64,000 nucleotides of DNA from positions 3,871,453-3,935,452 of the forward strand of contig JBNZDD010013720.1 of assembly GCA_050575255.1 (NCBI GenBank). The letters run 5' to 3'. Position numbers and translations under genes: made by a program. A model generated the notes under the pieces. It saw nothing but the letters and a program-made list of their open reading frames with translations, had not been told where the DNA came from and did no database searches. The stretch is from Harriotta raleighana (taxonomy: Eukaryota). The first letter of the stretch is position 1, and the number at the start of each line of letters is the position of its first letter. Of the stretch, positions 1 to 12,958 are shown in pieces.

Positions 1-264
1 TTTGCTGTTTTCTTTGGTTAGGACAACTGCCTTTTAGATTTAGTACTGTTGGAGGTTATAATCGCAGATTTTGTGAGTTATTAGAATTAGTTTCAACTGG
101 AATCAATGTTCTTTTCTAATTAAGCACTTTGAGACGTTGATAAGATGTGAAAAGCGCTATATCAAATGCAAGGATTATTATTATTTTCTGGGCTATACTT
201 CAATGCTGCTGGCACATCCTAAAAAGTGAATCAGATTAGGTCTCATACAGATCTCATTCTAATT

Positions 265-1505
265 CAAAAACAAAATTACATTTGTATAGTGCCTTTCACA
301 TCGGGAGGACCTCCCAAGGCCTCAGACCTGAGCTGGGGTTGGGATCACTGAGCGTGGAGGGAAAGGAGAGGATTTGGGGTGACCATTGGGACTGTTGAAG
401 AGCAGGCTCTTGAGGTGAGATTGACGGAGGCCAGGGAGGGGCCCAGATGGAGGGACTGCAGCATGCAATTCCAGAAATTAGGGGCAGAGTGGCTGAATGC
501 TGACATGCCGATGGTGGGGCGGGTAGGTCGGGGGACATGGAGTAGGCCGGCCTCCTGAGCGGAGCAGGTGGGCAGGTTGTTAGGTTGTTATGAGGTCACA
601 GAGGTAGGGTGAGGCGAGGCCGTGGAGGTCTTTGAAGGTGAAGACCAAGATCCTGAATGTAATCATCTGGGTGATGGGGACCCAATGGAGTGGGGCAAGA
701 ATTGGGGAGATGGGGTCCTGGAACTTGGAACGGTAGAGGATAAGGGGCCTCGAAGTTCTGTACTATCTGCAGCCTATGGAGGGAGGAATTGGGAAGGCTG
801 ACAAACAGGGCCTTGGTGTAGTCAAGCCTGAATATGATGAAGGCTTGAATGAGAGTTTCAGCGGCCTGAGGGTTGAGATAATGGCGGAGTCGGGCAATGT
901 TGCAGAGGTGAGGGAAGACAGAGTGCCTCATGGCTTGGAAGTGGGGGAGGAAAGACAGTTGAGGATCGAACAAGACTCATAGGTTCCTGACTGGTTTAGT
1001 GAGGTGACGTGTGCAACAATGGAGGTTGATGCTGCCAGTCCCTGATGTGTGAAGGCACTGGCGCGAGCCAATTAAGAGGGCCTCGATCTTGTTGACATTC
1101 AACTGTACAAAGCTCTATAAATGTGATTTTGTTGTTGTTGTAGAAAGTTAGCTCTCATCCAGGACTTGATGTCTAACAGGCAATCTGTCAGGGCAGCAAT
1201 GATCCTGGAATCGATGGTAGAAGCAGGAAAATAGAATTGGGTGTCATCCGCACACATGTGGAAGTTGACCCCATGTCTGTGGATGATGTCATCAAGGGGG
1301 AGAACGTAGATATTGAAAAGGAGAGGGGCAAGGACAGAGCCCTGTGGCACTCCACAGGTGACAGTGTGGGGGCTACAGGAGAAGCCATTGGTGGTGACAA
1401 AGTGGAGGCGGTGAGAAAGGTAAGCGTCAAACCAAGTGAGGGCAGGTCTATAAAGACTCAGCTGAGAGTAGATGAGGAAGGAGTGGTTGAGCTGGACAAG
1501 GAAGC
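265..1505 (-). mobile_element. L2-clade LINE 3' fragment (RT core to tail), frameshifted
   Basis: Minus-strand peptides PQGSVLAPLLFNIY...MCADDTQ (RT motifs) and HLCNIARLRHYLNPQAAETLIQAF...RLDY; tail near 265-320. Confidence 0.92.
1108..1142 (+). mobile_element. 35-bp solo L2-type tail inserted antisense into the L2 RT
   Basis: tataaatgtgattttgttgttg flanked by TGTA repeats (1104-1107, 1139-1142); removing it restores NFLQLNVNKIE. Confidence 0.75.
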
Positions 1506-2649
1506 AGATAATTCCAGATAGATTTTAATTGAAAGAACACCCCCTTCCCCCACAATATCGTTAGCTCTAGCAAGGTCTGTAAATATATCAGTAATTCAAA
1601 TTGCATGTTCATACTTTCTAGTGAAATCAAAACACTATCATGTTAGTTCAAAATAAATTGCTATCTGCCCTGACAACCATCAGCTGTGATTTTCTGACCT
1701 CCTGAGTCCCTTCTAATGGGTTACAGTATTATGATAAATTAGCTTGTTGAATTCACAAACTGTAATTAAGCGCAGGTGATATTTGGATATGTCCAGCTAA
1801 TTGGAGAGGAGGCTCGAAGAACAAGGAATGGGAGATTGTTGAGCCATTAAGTCAATTGCAACAAATCCCTTTTTTTTCTGAATAATTGTAACTGACAAGA
1901 ATCAGGTGAACTATCACCTTTAGTGTTGACTGATACATCATTAAATATGTTGCCTGAAGACATGGATAAACACATCAATAGGACCTCCTGTGTGATTTCC
2001 ACCCCAAACCGACCCCACCCCCATATTAATAATGGTTTTGCTGAAGCAAGCTGCAGTTTATGCTTCCAGGCAAATATCTCACTGAGATAATGTCCTCCCT
2101 CAGGCAAGTTGAAGGTCACACAGCTAAAACCAATCCCGTTCTCACTAAGTACAAATCAATATTTTACAGCACAGGTCACTCTATAGTGGTCAGTAGGAAA
2201 AACAGACTACCTGAGTTTCTTCTTCTACAGAATTGATTGTTATCCTTATCTCCATTTTTACGGCATGCGATTATTAGGATGGTAGAAGGAAAACTAGATG
2301 GTCCTTGCACTTTTTCCGTCTAGGAATTCCTATGTTCCTAACATACACCAACGATTGAAAATACCAGTCTAAAGAGTTGAGTGTCCTCAAACCAGCAGCA
2401 TTACCAATTGATTCATTGAAGAACGTAAAGCAAATTACTTTTTCAGCAGGATACTTACTATATCAATAAAACTTACTATATCTTGTCTTCCAAGTAAGTG
2501 AGGGATCAATTAACATCAGTAAAATTATTGTCTCATTCATTGCATTCGGATAAATCAGTTTGACTTCAAGCTCACAACTGTCCTTCAAACTACTCTCCCT
2601 ATTAGTACTTTAAAGTTACAGTACTATTATTCTATTAATAGTGCAGCAT

Positions 2650-2952
2650 GTGTCAGTCTGGCTCAGTTGGTAGGAATCCAAAGTGGATGTTTGTGGGCTT
2701 AAGACACACAAACAGGAATTTGATCTCAAAGTCCAGGCTGACTCTCCAGTACAATGCTGAAGGATCACTGCATTCCCAGAGGGACTGCCCAACAACTGCC
2801 CTTAACCTGAGCTCCTGCCTATCTGTTCAAGTGGACATTAAAAATAAATGGCACGATTCAAAAAAAAACATGAAATTCCTCATATGTCTTGACCAGGTAT
2901 CCTCCGATTCATATCAGTCATTTATTGCATAGCTGATTGTTGAATATTGCTA
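2650..2952 (+). mobile_element. Old degraded tRNA/Deu-type SINE
   Basis: A-box-like tggctcagttggtag, then caggctgacTCTCCAGTACAATGCTGAAGG and gtggacattaaaa motifs shared with other old copies here. Confidence 0.6.
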
Positions 2953-2954
2953 TC

Positions 2955-3305
2955 TTGGAGTCCTGTATCTCAGTTATTGGAATCCTGTAGTTCGGGGTTC
3001 AGTATTGGAGTTCGGGTTAGTGGTTAGAGCACTCACCTTACAAGCGAGAGACCTGGATTTGATTCCAGGCAGGGCAAAACCTTGGACAAGTTTCCTTACA
3101 CCACATGCCTGATAATAATCCCTCAAAAAACAAACCAAAAATTATCACTTCAATCGAGGACTGTTTTTGGGACACTGCTGTGCGCAGTTCGCTGCCACGT
3201 TTCACCCACAAATATACAGTCAATTCACTTTATAGTATATTCTGTGAATCGCTTTGAAACATGAATAGCACTATATCAAATGCAAGGATTAGTATTATTA
3301 TTATT
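2955..3305 (+). mobile_element. tRNA-derived SINE (short subfamily) with reiterated 5' end
   Basis: tRNA-like head, core gggacactgctgtgcgca..., tail gcactatatcaaatgcaaggatta(tta)n; matches many copies in the window. Confidence 0.9.
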
Positions 3306-3706
3306 TTTATGTTCAAACCGGCAGCAACACCAAGAAAAGACAGTCTTTACAGAACACTTTACGATAAATCCTGTGAAGCACTTTGAGACATAATCCTGAT
3401 GTGAAAGGCTCCATATCAAATGCAAATGCAAGGATTATCATTGGTAAATAAATGTTCTTGCTGCAATCTCAAATCGAAAGTGTTTTGCTTTCCCATGGCA
3501 CCTAGGTTCGAGTTTTCATTGTGTCACAGCGTGCCTTGAGTTGCATTCCACCTCTCCAATTTGAATTTTGACAAGGAGTGCTTTATGTTCCTAGTTGTAG
3601 CACTCAATGTCAGTATGTTGTCAGCAGATGTTGTGCTTAAGAGCCTTGGCAGTGAAAAGTCACAGGGTTTATACCTAAATTATTTTCATTTGAATCACAG
3701 AGTTAG

Positions 3707-3870
3707 ACTCCACCATTGCCTCACCCCTCAGTCTGCCGAAACCCTTGTCTAACATACCTGCACCTTTCCCTTGCTCGGGTCCCAACCACGCCTTGGGACA
3801 TCAAGTGCCTTGGGACATCTTCCCAACGTGAAAGGCATTCTATAAATGTAATTTGGTTTGTGTTTGTTTG
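3707..3870 (+). mobile_element. L2 fragment and tail
   Basis: LHHCLTPQSAETLV peptide, then gccttgggacatc...gtgaaaggc...tataaatgtaatt tail. Confidence 0.7.
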
Positions 3871-3892
3871 TACTTTCTGTGATGTCACATCA

Positions 3893-3965
3893 GGAATCCT
3901 TTAGCTCAGTGTTTAGAGCACTCGCCTTGCAAGCAAGAGACATGGGTTCAATTCCTGGCAGACCT
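3893..3965 (+). mobile_element. Isolated SINE tRNA-like head (not a functional tRNA)
   Basis: A box tagctcagtgtttagagc, loop cttgcaa, B box ggttcaattcc; same head as the SINE family. Confidence 0.75.
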
Positions 3966-4974
3966 AAAATACACGGGAATATTATAAACTCAATTCCACA
4001 AAAAATATGTGTTTTTGATAGGAATGAATCGAAATAAAATGATTCATTGTTAATGGCTAACTTTAGAAGACGTGAAAGCACTAATATCAAATTCAAGAAT
4101 TATTATTATTATTATACTACACCTTGTCAGTATTTTAAGGAAAAATCTGGAGAGCTTGGGTAGTGAATTGGCAGGAACACAATCTGAAGTCCTTTCTCCA
4201 GTCAATCTTTCTATATTTGTAGTCCATTTGCTTTCACATATAATATATTATCCTATTCCTGTTTTTACCTCATTTCATGTATGTATTTGCATTCAAATCC
4301 TCATTCTAATATGCCCGAGTCCAATCTTGCCTCTTACCTCCATGTGTCAATTTCCATGTTCACCTCCTAATCCCACATAACTGCTTAACATTCTCCTTGG
4401 AGTTCTTCCTATTCACATATTGTCTGGCCCGGTATTCTATTTCTATGACTCTAACAGCTGCTATCACTTACTGATGTTGGCATTCATTACTGTTCACTTT
4501 CTCACTCATTGTTCAGGAAGAGAAAGTGAATGTTATTTGGAGGAATGATTATTTGTGATGAAACCAAGACGTTTGCAAGAATGCAATTTTCCATTAGGAT
4601 TCTTTCTGGAAAATCGCTATTAGCTATAACGGAAAAAAGCCAGAAGCACAGTAGCCTAATTTCCAGACAAATTGCCCAATCCAGCCTCCATTACTGTCCT
4701 TTAGTATAAAACAAAGGCTTGTTCAATAATGTAAAGATGTCCGCACATATGCAGAACATTGCTTGCGACAGGCAATCTCTGGAGACCATATAAAAATTCA
4801 TGCTCCACTCTTCTGCCAGCTTTCCAGATTCAGCAAGTGAAAATGCTTTTAAAAGAGGTTAGCAGTTCAACCATACACATTTTCAGTGTAAACTGATCAG
4901 TAAGCACATAGTATTGATACATTCAACAGATAATAAGCACAAAACATACCTGATAATAATCCCTAAGGATAAAA

Positions 4975-5165
4975 AATAATAATCCTTGCATTTGGTTTTA
5001 GCATCTTATCACGTCATCAAGACATCTCAAAGCGCTTCACGGAATATACTGTAAAATGGAGTGACTGTGTTTTTTGTCAGCAAAACGCACCAGCCAGTTG
5101 CGCACAGCAATGACCCACAAACTTCCATGGAGTAAATGACCAATTTTATTTGGGGGATTATTTCC
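4975..5165 (-). mobile_element. SINE 3' half
   Basis: Reverse complement of the SINE tail and core (aataatccttgca..., gcgcacagca, gaccaatttt). Confidence 0.8.
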
Positions 5166-6221
5166 CATCCTAACCTTATCATTGCTCCCAAATAGACACA
5201 ATGCAAGAATTCTCCCCAAATTTGTGCAACTGTAAATTTTTTAAGATAATGGACTTAAAACTAAGACAGAGTGTTCTCAGTAGTGCAGTATTATATGTGG
5301 GTCTAAATCCTGGTTGAGGAGTGGGGGTCCTGAAAGGAGTGACTTGTATCTTCTCATCAGGATTTGAAAGCCATTGCATGTCCCAGACACACTCCACAAG
5401 ACAAAGTAGCATTTGTGCAATTGACATCTCTAAATGTGAAAAGCGCTATATCAAATTTTATTTTAATTTACTTTTATTATCTATAGTTTGTAGCAATATT
5501 CTGATAAATTGTTTATGTTAATAATCTATTGGTTTCACTGCACAGTTACGTGGAGATATTGGCATCCATTACACTGTTTAAATGTACAGTAGTCAATTTT
5601 AATTCATCAATTACAAATGCACCCAAATGTACTAGAAGCAGATATATAGAAACTCTTCCCCTAATAGTCTAGGATCTTTGGGAGTTAAAACCAGTTAGAA
5701 AAAGTAAAAGCATTTGCCTGCAAAATACATGGTTATTACAACAATAAAAATACATTTATACTGTATAGTGCTTTCAAGCCAGGAGGATGTCCTAAGGCAC
5801 TGGATAGTCCAAGGTTTGGTGCATATTACAAAAAAACCTTTGAAGTATTCTGTGACATCATCCTGATGTGAAAGGCTCTGTATCAAATGCAAGGATTATT
5901 GTTACTTGTTAACACAGATGCTTGTGAAGGTGCAGAATATTTCAGCCCAGAAAGCTGGAATTAATAGGAAAGTTTAAAAACGATGGACAGATATTTGGGT
6001 ATTAAGGGTTATGGCAAAATGGTGAGGCATTGGGATTAGAAAATCTGTTAAAATCTAATAAACTGGTGAAACAGTTTCAATGTTGGCTACGACTTCTCCT
6101 CTTCCTTTTCCCTATGTACAGTACTGTAATTCTTGAAACTGTGCAGCCCAGAAGATGCCCAATTGGCCCATCAAAAACATTTATGCAAATATATTTGCTT
6201 CCTAAAGCGGTTACTAACTTA

Positions 6222-6277
6222 TTTGAATGCTGTTGGTTATAATTTGTAATATTAAATTATAACCAACAGCACTCAAA
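6222..6277. repeat. 24-bp inverted repeat with 8-nt loop
   Basis: tttgaatgctgttggttataattt / aaattataaccaacagcactcaaa, one mismatch. Confidence 0.9.
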
Positions 6278-7459
6278 AAAGAAAGATATATCCTATAATT
6301 GTGCAGTTGTAGTCATAATTTCTCCAAATAGCAAAAAATTTTGTACATCATTTATTTTAAGCAATGTTCTAGTAATCCTGATAGGAAAAATTGTTTCGTA
6401 AAATATATATCGAATGTAAGACTGCAATCCTAACTACAGTCCATTACTGGTGCTCTTTTTCTGTACTCTAAGAGAAGAAGGAGTAACCAACGTGAAGGAA
6501 CATTGAGGAAGAGAATGAAGTGTATTCCACATATAATGACCATTTATTCTCACCCATTCAAGATTTGTAGAATGACATAAGGGAGTTTCCTAAATCCAAG
6601 ATTAATACAACAAAAAGTTAATGATAGCATTTCAATTAAGTGCAACTCTAATCACATCTTCTACAGAAAGCAGGTGTGGACAAGTCAGGTGTAAAAATAC
6701 CTAAAAATATGGTGAGTGGAAGAGTATTTTGTTTATGCTTTCTCTAGAGTCACCATGTATCAATATGAGATGTTAGAAGAAAGTCCCATCGGACTTTAAA
6801 GATCCCATGGTACTATTCAAAAGAGAAGGGAGTTTCTTCCAATGCCTGGCCAATATTCCTCCAGATAATGTTGGTTATTCAAGTGCCTTGGGACATTTTC
6901 CCACAGTGAAAGGTGCTACACAAATGTAGAAGTGTAGAAACATGAGGAAATCAAAGTCTTGCCCTTCATTGAATTGCTATTGCCAAAAGTGGAATGAATC
7001 CAACGCCCACAAACACCTATTTTGGTCATTATTTTATTTCAAATATCACTCACCTGCTCATAAGACTTGTTTAAAATAACAGAAAGTCAGTCTCCGCCAC
7101 TGTGAAGCATTCTGGGATGCTACCCTGTGTGAAGGGCATTTAAAAGATTTAGAACAGTTGAAGTGTAATCCAGAGAGTTGTGACAAAATTCCCCAAATTG
7201 CAAACCAAATCTCAGTCAAGAATGCTGGTTGGCTTTTTAGGTGGTTGCATCTTTGGGCAAATACTCAAGTTTGAAATCTAATGTCCATGTTCTGAAAGTA
7301 AGCTAAATTTGGCTGCAAAACCAAAGAATGTACAACTACACGTGCTATATTTTGAAGATCAGGAGAGACAGTATTATTTTGCGAAAGGTCAGTCATGGTA
7401 GGTCAATTGGGAATCACAGCTGTAATATTTATACTGTAATAGGATATCTGGATATTATT

Positions 7460-7585
7460 TACATGCAATAGCAAAAGGCATTTGATAAGATTCCACTTTG
7501 AAAATTATTAGCCAAGGCTAAAGCACATGGATTCGAAAGCAATTTACTGCCATGTATAAGAAATTGGTTGAGATAAATAGACCAA
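7460..7585 (+). mobile_element. Old CR1 RT fragment
   Basis: Translates as KAFDKIPL*KLLAKAKAHGFESNLLPCIRNWL, matching the CR1 copy at 22.1 kb. Confidence 0.7.
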
Positions 7586-8157
7586 CCTTTAAAACCTAAC
7601 TGTTTTGTTTCTAATGTCCTGGAGTGATAGATTGTATTTATTAATGTGCAGATCATTGCTCTCCAAAAAAATCATGCAGGTGAATGCTCAGCATCTTAGA
7701 TCCACGATTCTTTCATTAGAAATGAACTAAGGATTTTTTCACAGGTGAACAAATAATGAATAGGTGGATATAGGGTAAATCTTGATGATTCATGGCATGC
7801 AAAATACACAGCAAACCCTGCCAACTTGAAAGCCCCTATGTCATGTGTAAAGATTATTATTTACTTAGTTTAACATAGCACTAGATTTTTTTAAAAATGT
7901 GACTAGAAGTCCTAAAGGAAAAATGTTGTAATCAAGAAAGCTCAGGAGGAGATTTGAAAAACAACCCAAAAAGCCTTCCAAATCACCGTTGTGTACTGTA
8001 TGTTGTACAACATCAATAAAGAGGTACTGCTGTAATTTGAAAGATGACGCAGAACTGAGGAGACTTGAAGAGAAGGGAATGAAGAGATGATGGAATTTCC
8101 TTTAAACATTCTAAAGTAGAGGTCTTGTGGGTAGACACAATGTACACCTGTTACCAC

Positions 8158-8778
8158 CAACAACAACAACAAATTGGATTTATATTGCGCCCTCCACGCC
8201 AGACGGTGTTTCAGAGCACTTCACAATAGCGGAGCCCGAGGCCAAGCCAGGGGAAAGGAGAAAGTGACCTTAGGAGCGGTCGAACAGGAAGGTCTTCAGA
8301 TGAAAAATGGGGTGAGGTGGAGGGACTGAGGGAGTGAGTTCCAGCTTATCAGGGCATAGTGACTGAAAGCACAGCCACCGATGGTGGAGTGGAGGATACG
8401 GGCGACAAGGAGAAGCCCAGACCCAGTAGAGCTGAGGCAGCGGGTACTGCTGTGAGGAAAGAGGAGGTTAGAGAGGTACGGGGTGCAGAGGAGTGGAGCG
8501 ACTTAAATACAAGAGTGAGGATCTTGAAGTCAATCCGTTCTGTGACAGGGAGCCAGTGAAGTCCAGCAAGGACTGGGGTAATCGGGGAAAGAAGTTTGGT
8601 TCAGGTGAGAATGCGGGCGGCGGAGTTCTGTATGAGCTGGATTTTGTGAATGGTGGTGGAGGAGAGACCAGTGAGGAGGGCATTGAATAGTCCAGCCGAG
8701 AAGTGTCAAAGGCATGGACCAAAGTTTCGGCAGCTTTTAGAGTGAGATATTGGTGGAGAAGGGCAATGTTCCAGAAGG
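8158..8778 (-). mobile_element. L2 3' fragment (second tail variant)
   Basis: NIALLHQYLTLKAAETLVHAFDTSRLDY; tail ggcgtggagggcgc..tataaatc..(ttg)n, also present solo at about 27676-27732. Confidence 0.9.
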
Positions 8779-11222
8779 AATTTGCATGATTCGCATTCTT
8801 CAAGAAACCCTATTTAAAAAAATATATACTTTAGATCATGCAATATATTGCTGAACTAAAAGTTCAAGTGCACCCAAGCTTAATATTGCTTCATATTCAA
8901 TTGAGCTCTTTTACTTTGCAAAATAAGATTAGCACATGTCAATTATTGCAGTTCAGAGAACAAGGGAAACATAAAGTGATCCTGCATTAGCAATTAACAT
9001 GGATAAATAAATCTAACATAGACACTTCTAAAGATTTAAATTCTGTGTTTTTTTTAATCAAATCTGCATGTCCAAATACATTTGTTTCACACAATTTGTT
9101 TCATGCTTGATTTATCAAGAGCAATTGTTACACCACGGCTTCCTGAACAGCTGATGTTTAAAATGCAAAATGGAATCAGATACAAATTAATTAAGATGTT
9201 AAAAAAAATCTCAAGTACAATTCCTCTGAGTACATTTGGCCTAATAATGTATGCATCAGAGGAAAATCAACATTATTTTATCAGTGCTCTCAGGGTTCAA
9301 AGATAGATGGCTCTTTCGATCTATTAAACGTTAAATGGAGTCGCTGCATACATATAATCTTCTAATTTTTCTTAAGAAGGAAAAGGTGTAGAAATGTTAA
9401 TGTATTGTGTGCAGCTTCCACTAATACTTCAGTGCAAATCTACAAATTCAACTGATCATTAGACAGAAATATGTAAAGATCAGCTCCTACCAAGAGATCA
9501 AAGCTAGTTTCAAGAACACCAGAATTCCTCCTAATATATTTCACACAAATGAGAGGGACTGCTCTTGGCAAAGTGACAAATCTGTGCCATCAGAATAGAG
9601 ATTCACCACTGTGCCATGTGAAGACATGCAAATTGATATAAATTCTCTATCATTTTCCAAAAAAAATTAACTATGATATTTAACTCGGGGGGAAAATTTA
9701 GAATTTCTGAAACTGAGAGGACATTGTTTCTCCAAAAGTAACTAATCATCTTGTGTAGTTTGGGAGTGGAGCATTTGTGGTGTACAGTACTTCTGCAAAC
9801 TGAACAGCTCTTTTATAGATGTTAATACTGTAAAACATTGAGGTAAAACTGCTTGAAAATCAAATGACTAATGATGTATACTCTTATCTGAAACTCCTTT
9901 ATACCAAAGCTGATCTAGTCACATAACCATATTTGGAAATTTCTAATTTTTTTGTAGTTTATTGATTTTTGATTTACTTTTAATCTTTTTTAATTCATTT
10001 ATGTTACTCATCATAATGTATTGATCCAATGGAAAAATACCAAAATATATATTTTTAAATAATACCTTATTTTTTATTTTATTCTATTGAATATCCATAT
10101 TCTATACTCAAATTATATCTTATAAAGGTTGGGCAACATTAGCGAATTATTTGTTATACTGTTCTTGTTATTTGAGTACCTATGCTACATTATTGCTGGG
10201 AATATAAACTACCTCTATGTGGTGAAACTGCAATTCTAAATGATTTTAACACTAGATAAAAAGATGCACTTTATGATGTGATCATATAAAAGTTATTGGT
10301 CAAAGGCAAAAGGTTATGGTTGAAACTATATACTGTAATCTGAAATGTGAGATCCAGTGCTGATTAAATGTTGAGGTCACATGCTAAAGCATTTAATCAA
10401 ACCCCAACAGCCTTTTACTACAGATGTCAGGGTTGACATATAAGGATTATTACTACTAGACTACATTTTAAGAAGAATTGATCATTTTGATTGACAGAAG
10501 ACCTGAACATCCATCAAGCAGACAGCTGTGATAGTAAAATTGGCCAATCGTCAAATGAAAAATGCTTGTTTCAAGGGCAACTCAACCTATCACTTTACTG
10601 CGTTTTTAAAGATGCCTTTATTTGTTTTGGAGTAAGTCTTTCTTTCCTTAAACAAATATGGAATTCATTTGGGAATATTTCTTGTGGGAATTTCTTAATT
10701 AAGAAAACAAGGGGTAAAATTTGCAGCTTTCCTTAAATTAGTGGTGAGGTTAATCATCCCTGGTAATACTGTTATGCCTCATAACTTGGGCCTGAACTTT
10801 GCAGAGACCTTGACCTAGATTATTAAATGAGAATTTCTAGCCTGGGTAGAATGTGAATTTCAACATCAATATTCAGCCCTGAAAATCACTATTAAAAGCA
10901 CCCTCTCTCTGGGTCAAGTAGGTTGTGGGTTCAACCGCTTCGCTAGATTTTAATTTATAGCCTAGGTTGACACTCCAGTACAGTAACACTGGGAGTGTTG
11001 TTTGTGGTGTAGCCCTTCGGGTTATATATTAAACCAAGAATCTAACTATTTGATCAAATGAACATTAGAATCCCACAACGTTCTTCAATATTGTCAGAGA
11101 AGTTCTAACAGCTTTGAACTCTTGGAGACTTTTTTTCTAACGTTGCTTATGATAGAGAGAAGCCTTTGTATTTACAATAAGGGATGAACTGGTTTTGAAG
11201 TTAGACTAAGTACTTAGCTTCC

Positions 11223-11580
11223 NGTTGACTGTTTGAATGGCTGCACTACATTCCCACTGATTTTACATCAGTGCCAGCAATCTCAGATTCAATTACCATG
11301 AAATAGAGGGTCTTTCTTTGCTTCACTGAACACTTCATCTTGAGAAAAATTTGGAGTTGTATCCAGTTTGTAAATCTCTTGAATCAGACAATATTTTAGN
11401 CAGTTGACTGTTTGAATGGCTGCACTACATTCCCACTGATTTTACATCAGGTTGCCAGCAATCTCAGATTCAATTACCATGAAATAGAGGGTCTTTCTTT
11501 GCTTCACTGAACACTTCATCTTGAGAAAAATCTGGAGTTGTATCCAGTTTGTAAATCTCTTGAATCAGACAATATTTTAG
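11223..11580. other. About 177-bp tandem duplication delimited by N bases (probable assembly artefact)
   Basis: 11224-11399 is nearly identical to 11403-11580; N at 11223 and 11400. Confidence 0.85.
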
Positions 11581-12732
11581 CTAAATATTTTATAGCTGGA
11601 AACATCTGAGCTGCTCTGTGATTTTCACACAATTAATAATGAAAATATGAATGGTTAATGTTCAATTGTTGTTGAGAGTGTTACGCAGTACAAGATTCAG
11701 TGTATTTATAATGCAAAATACATTAGTGCAGTTAACTTCCTGCATAGCTTTCGACATGCATGAGCTGTTATTGGTGATTATCATCCTTATTGTGAAGTTA
11801 TGGTCATGAAACCATTCATTCAGTAACAATTGTGAAAGTATCTGACTACTGACAACAGATGGTGATAGGCCAGCGGGTGCCGTTCAGTAATTTAATAACA
11901 TAGTATTTACCAGAGCACCCACTACACCATAGGAATATTCATGCATTATTGATAAACACATATACAGTAGTCGTAAAATAAATTGTCTCATCACAAGCAT
12001 ATAGTGCAACATCGTATTGTTGTCTAGAGATGCCAGGATATCATGGAAATAAATAAATTTAGAAAGTATGCCTTCCTGTAATTATTAATTACAAATAATT
12101 GTAATTATTGAATTCAGCATTTTGGCCTCCATTGCAGAGTAAATTGGGAGACTTATCATTTTCCCAATCATACTTCTTTTTGACAAAATTAGATAGCAAA
12201 GATATAGAAAAGGTGGAGTTCTCTAATCCGGAACACAGAAGTCTAGTTTTTTAAGCACAATTCTCAACTCTGTTCTCAACAACAGCTAGTCTAGGCAATT
12301 TATATCTGACTTGCTTACTATATTTATAACCTATCCATAAGCACAAGATCATTTGGTTACTACACACACAGAAACTGTTTATTTGTCTTCCCTCTGTAGA
12401 CAAAGACTTTCTGGTTACACGTCTCCTTTCTAAACAGGTGAAACAGAAAAGACATTAGATAATAGCAAAATGGGCATTACTCTTTCAAATAAATTTCACT
12501 CACATTTCATAACAGCCATGATTACCACAAAAGGCAGTGATGTTACCATTGGCATTGCTGCCATAAATATTTGGCAATAAATTCCAAAATATCCCATGCA
12601 GTAGAAAGTTTTGAGACTTTGTGTGTTTCCCCGAGACCATCTAGCTCACACAAGCAAGTAAAAATTAATTATTACAACTACTATATTACAGTATGCGACA
12701 TACAGAAAAGTAGAATTACTGATCCGGAGAAT

Positions 12733-12958
12733 TATAATAATAATACTACAGTTAACCCCTGTATATGAAAATCCTTGCATTTGATATAGTGATTTTCACA
12801 TCTTCTAGACGTTTCAAAGTGCTTCAAAAATATACTGTAAAGTAAATTGACTGTTTGTTTGTGGGCGAAACGCAGCAGCCAATTAAGCACAACAGTGTCC
12901 CGCCAATCGTGGATTGATGTCACCAATTTATTATTTTTTTCTTGATGGATTATTTAGT
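12733..12958 (-). mobile_element. SINE 3' half
   Basis: Tail and core match the family; no head. Confidence 0.85.

Noticed and set aside
3893-3965. Apparent tRNA-Ala(TGC) gene
   Set aside because: Matches the SINE head and has mismatched stems; a SINE fragment
7048-7090. Possible minus-strand 12-nt microexon (aag|TCTTATGAGCAG|gtgagt)
   Set aside because: Weak AAG acceptor, upstream region overlaps an L2 tail, and no other exons support a gene
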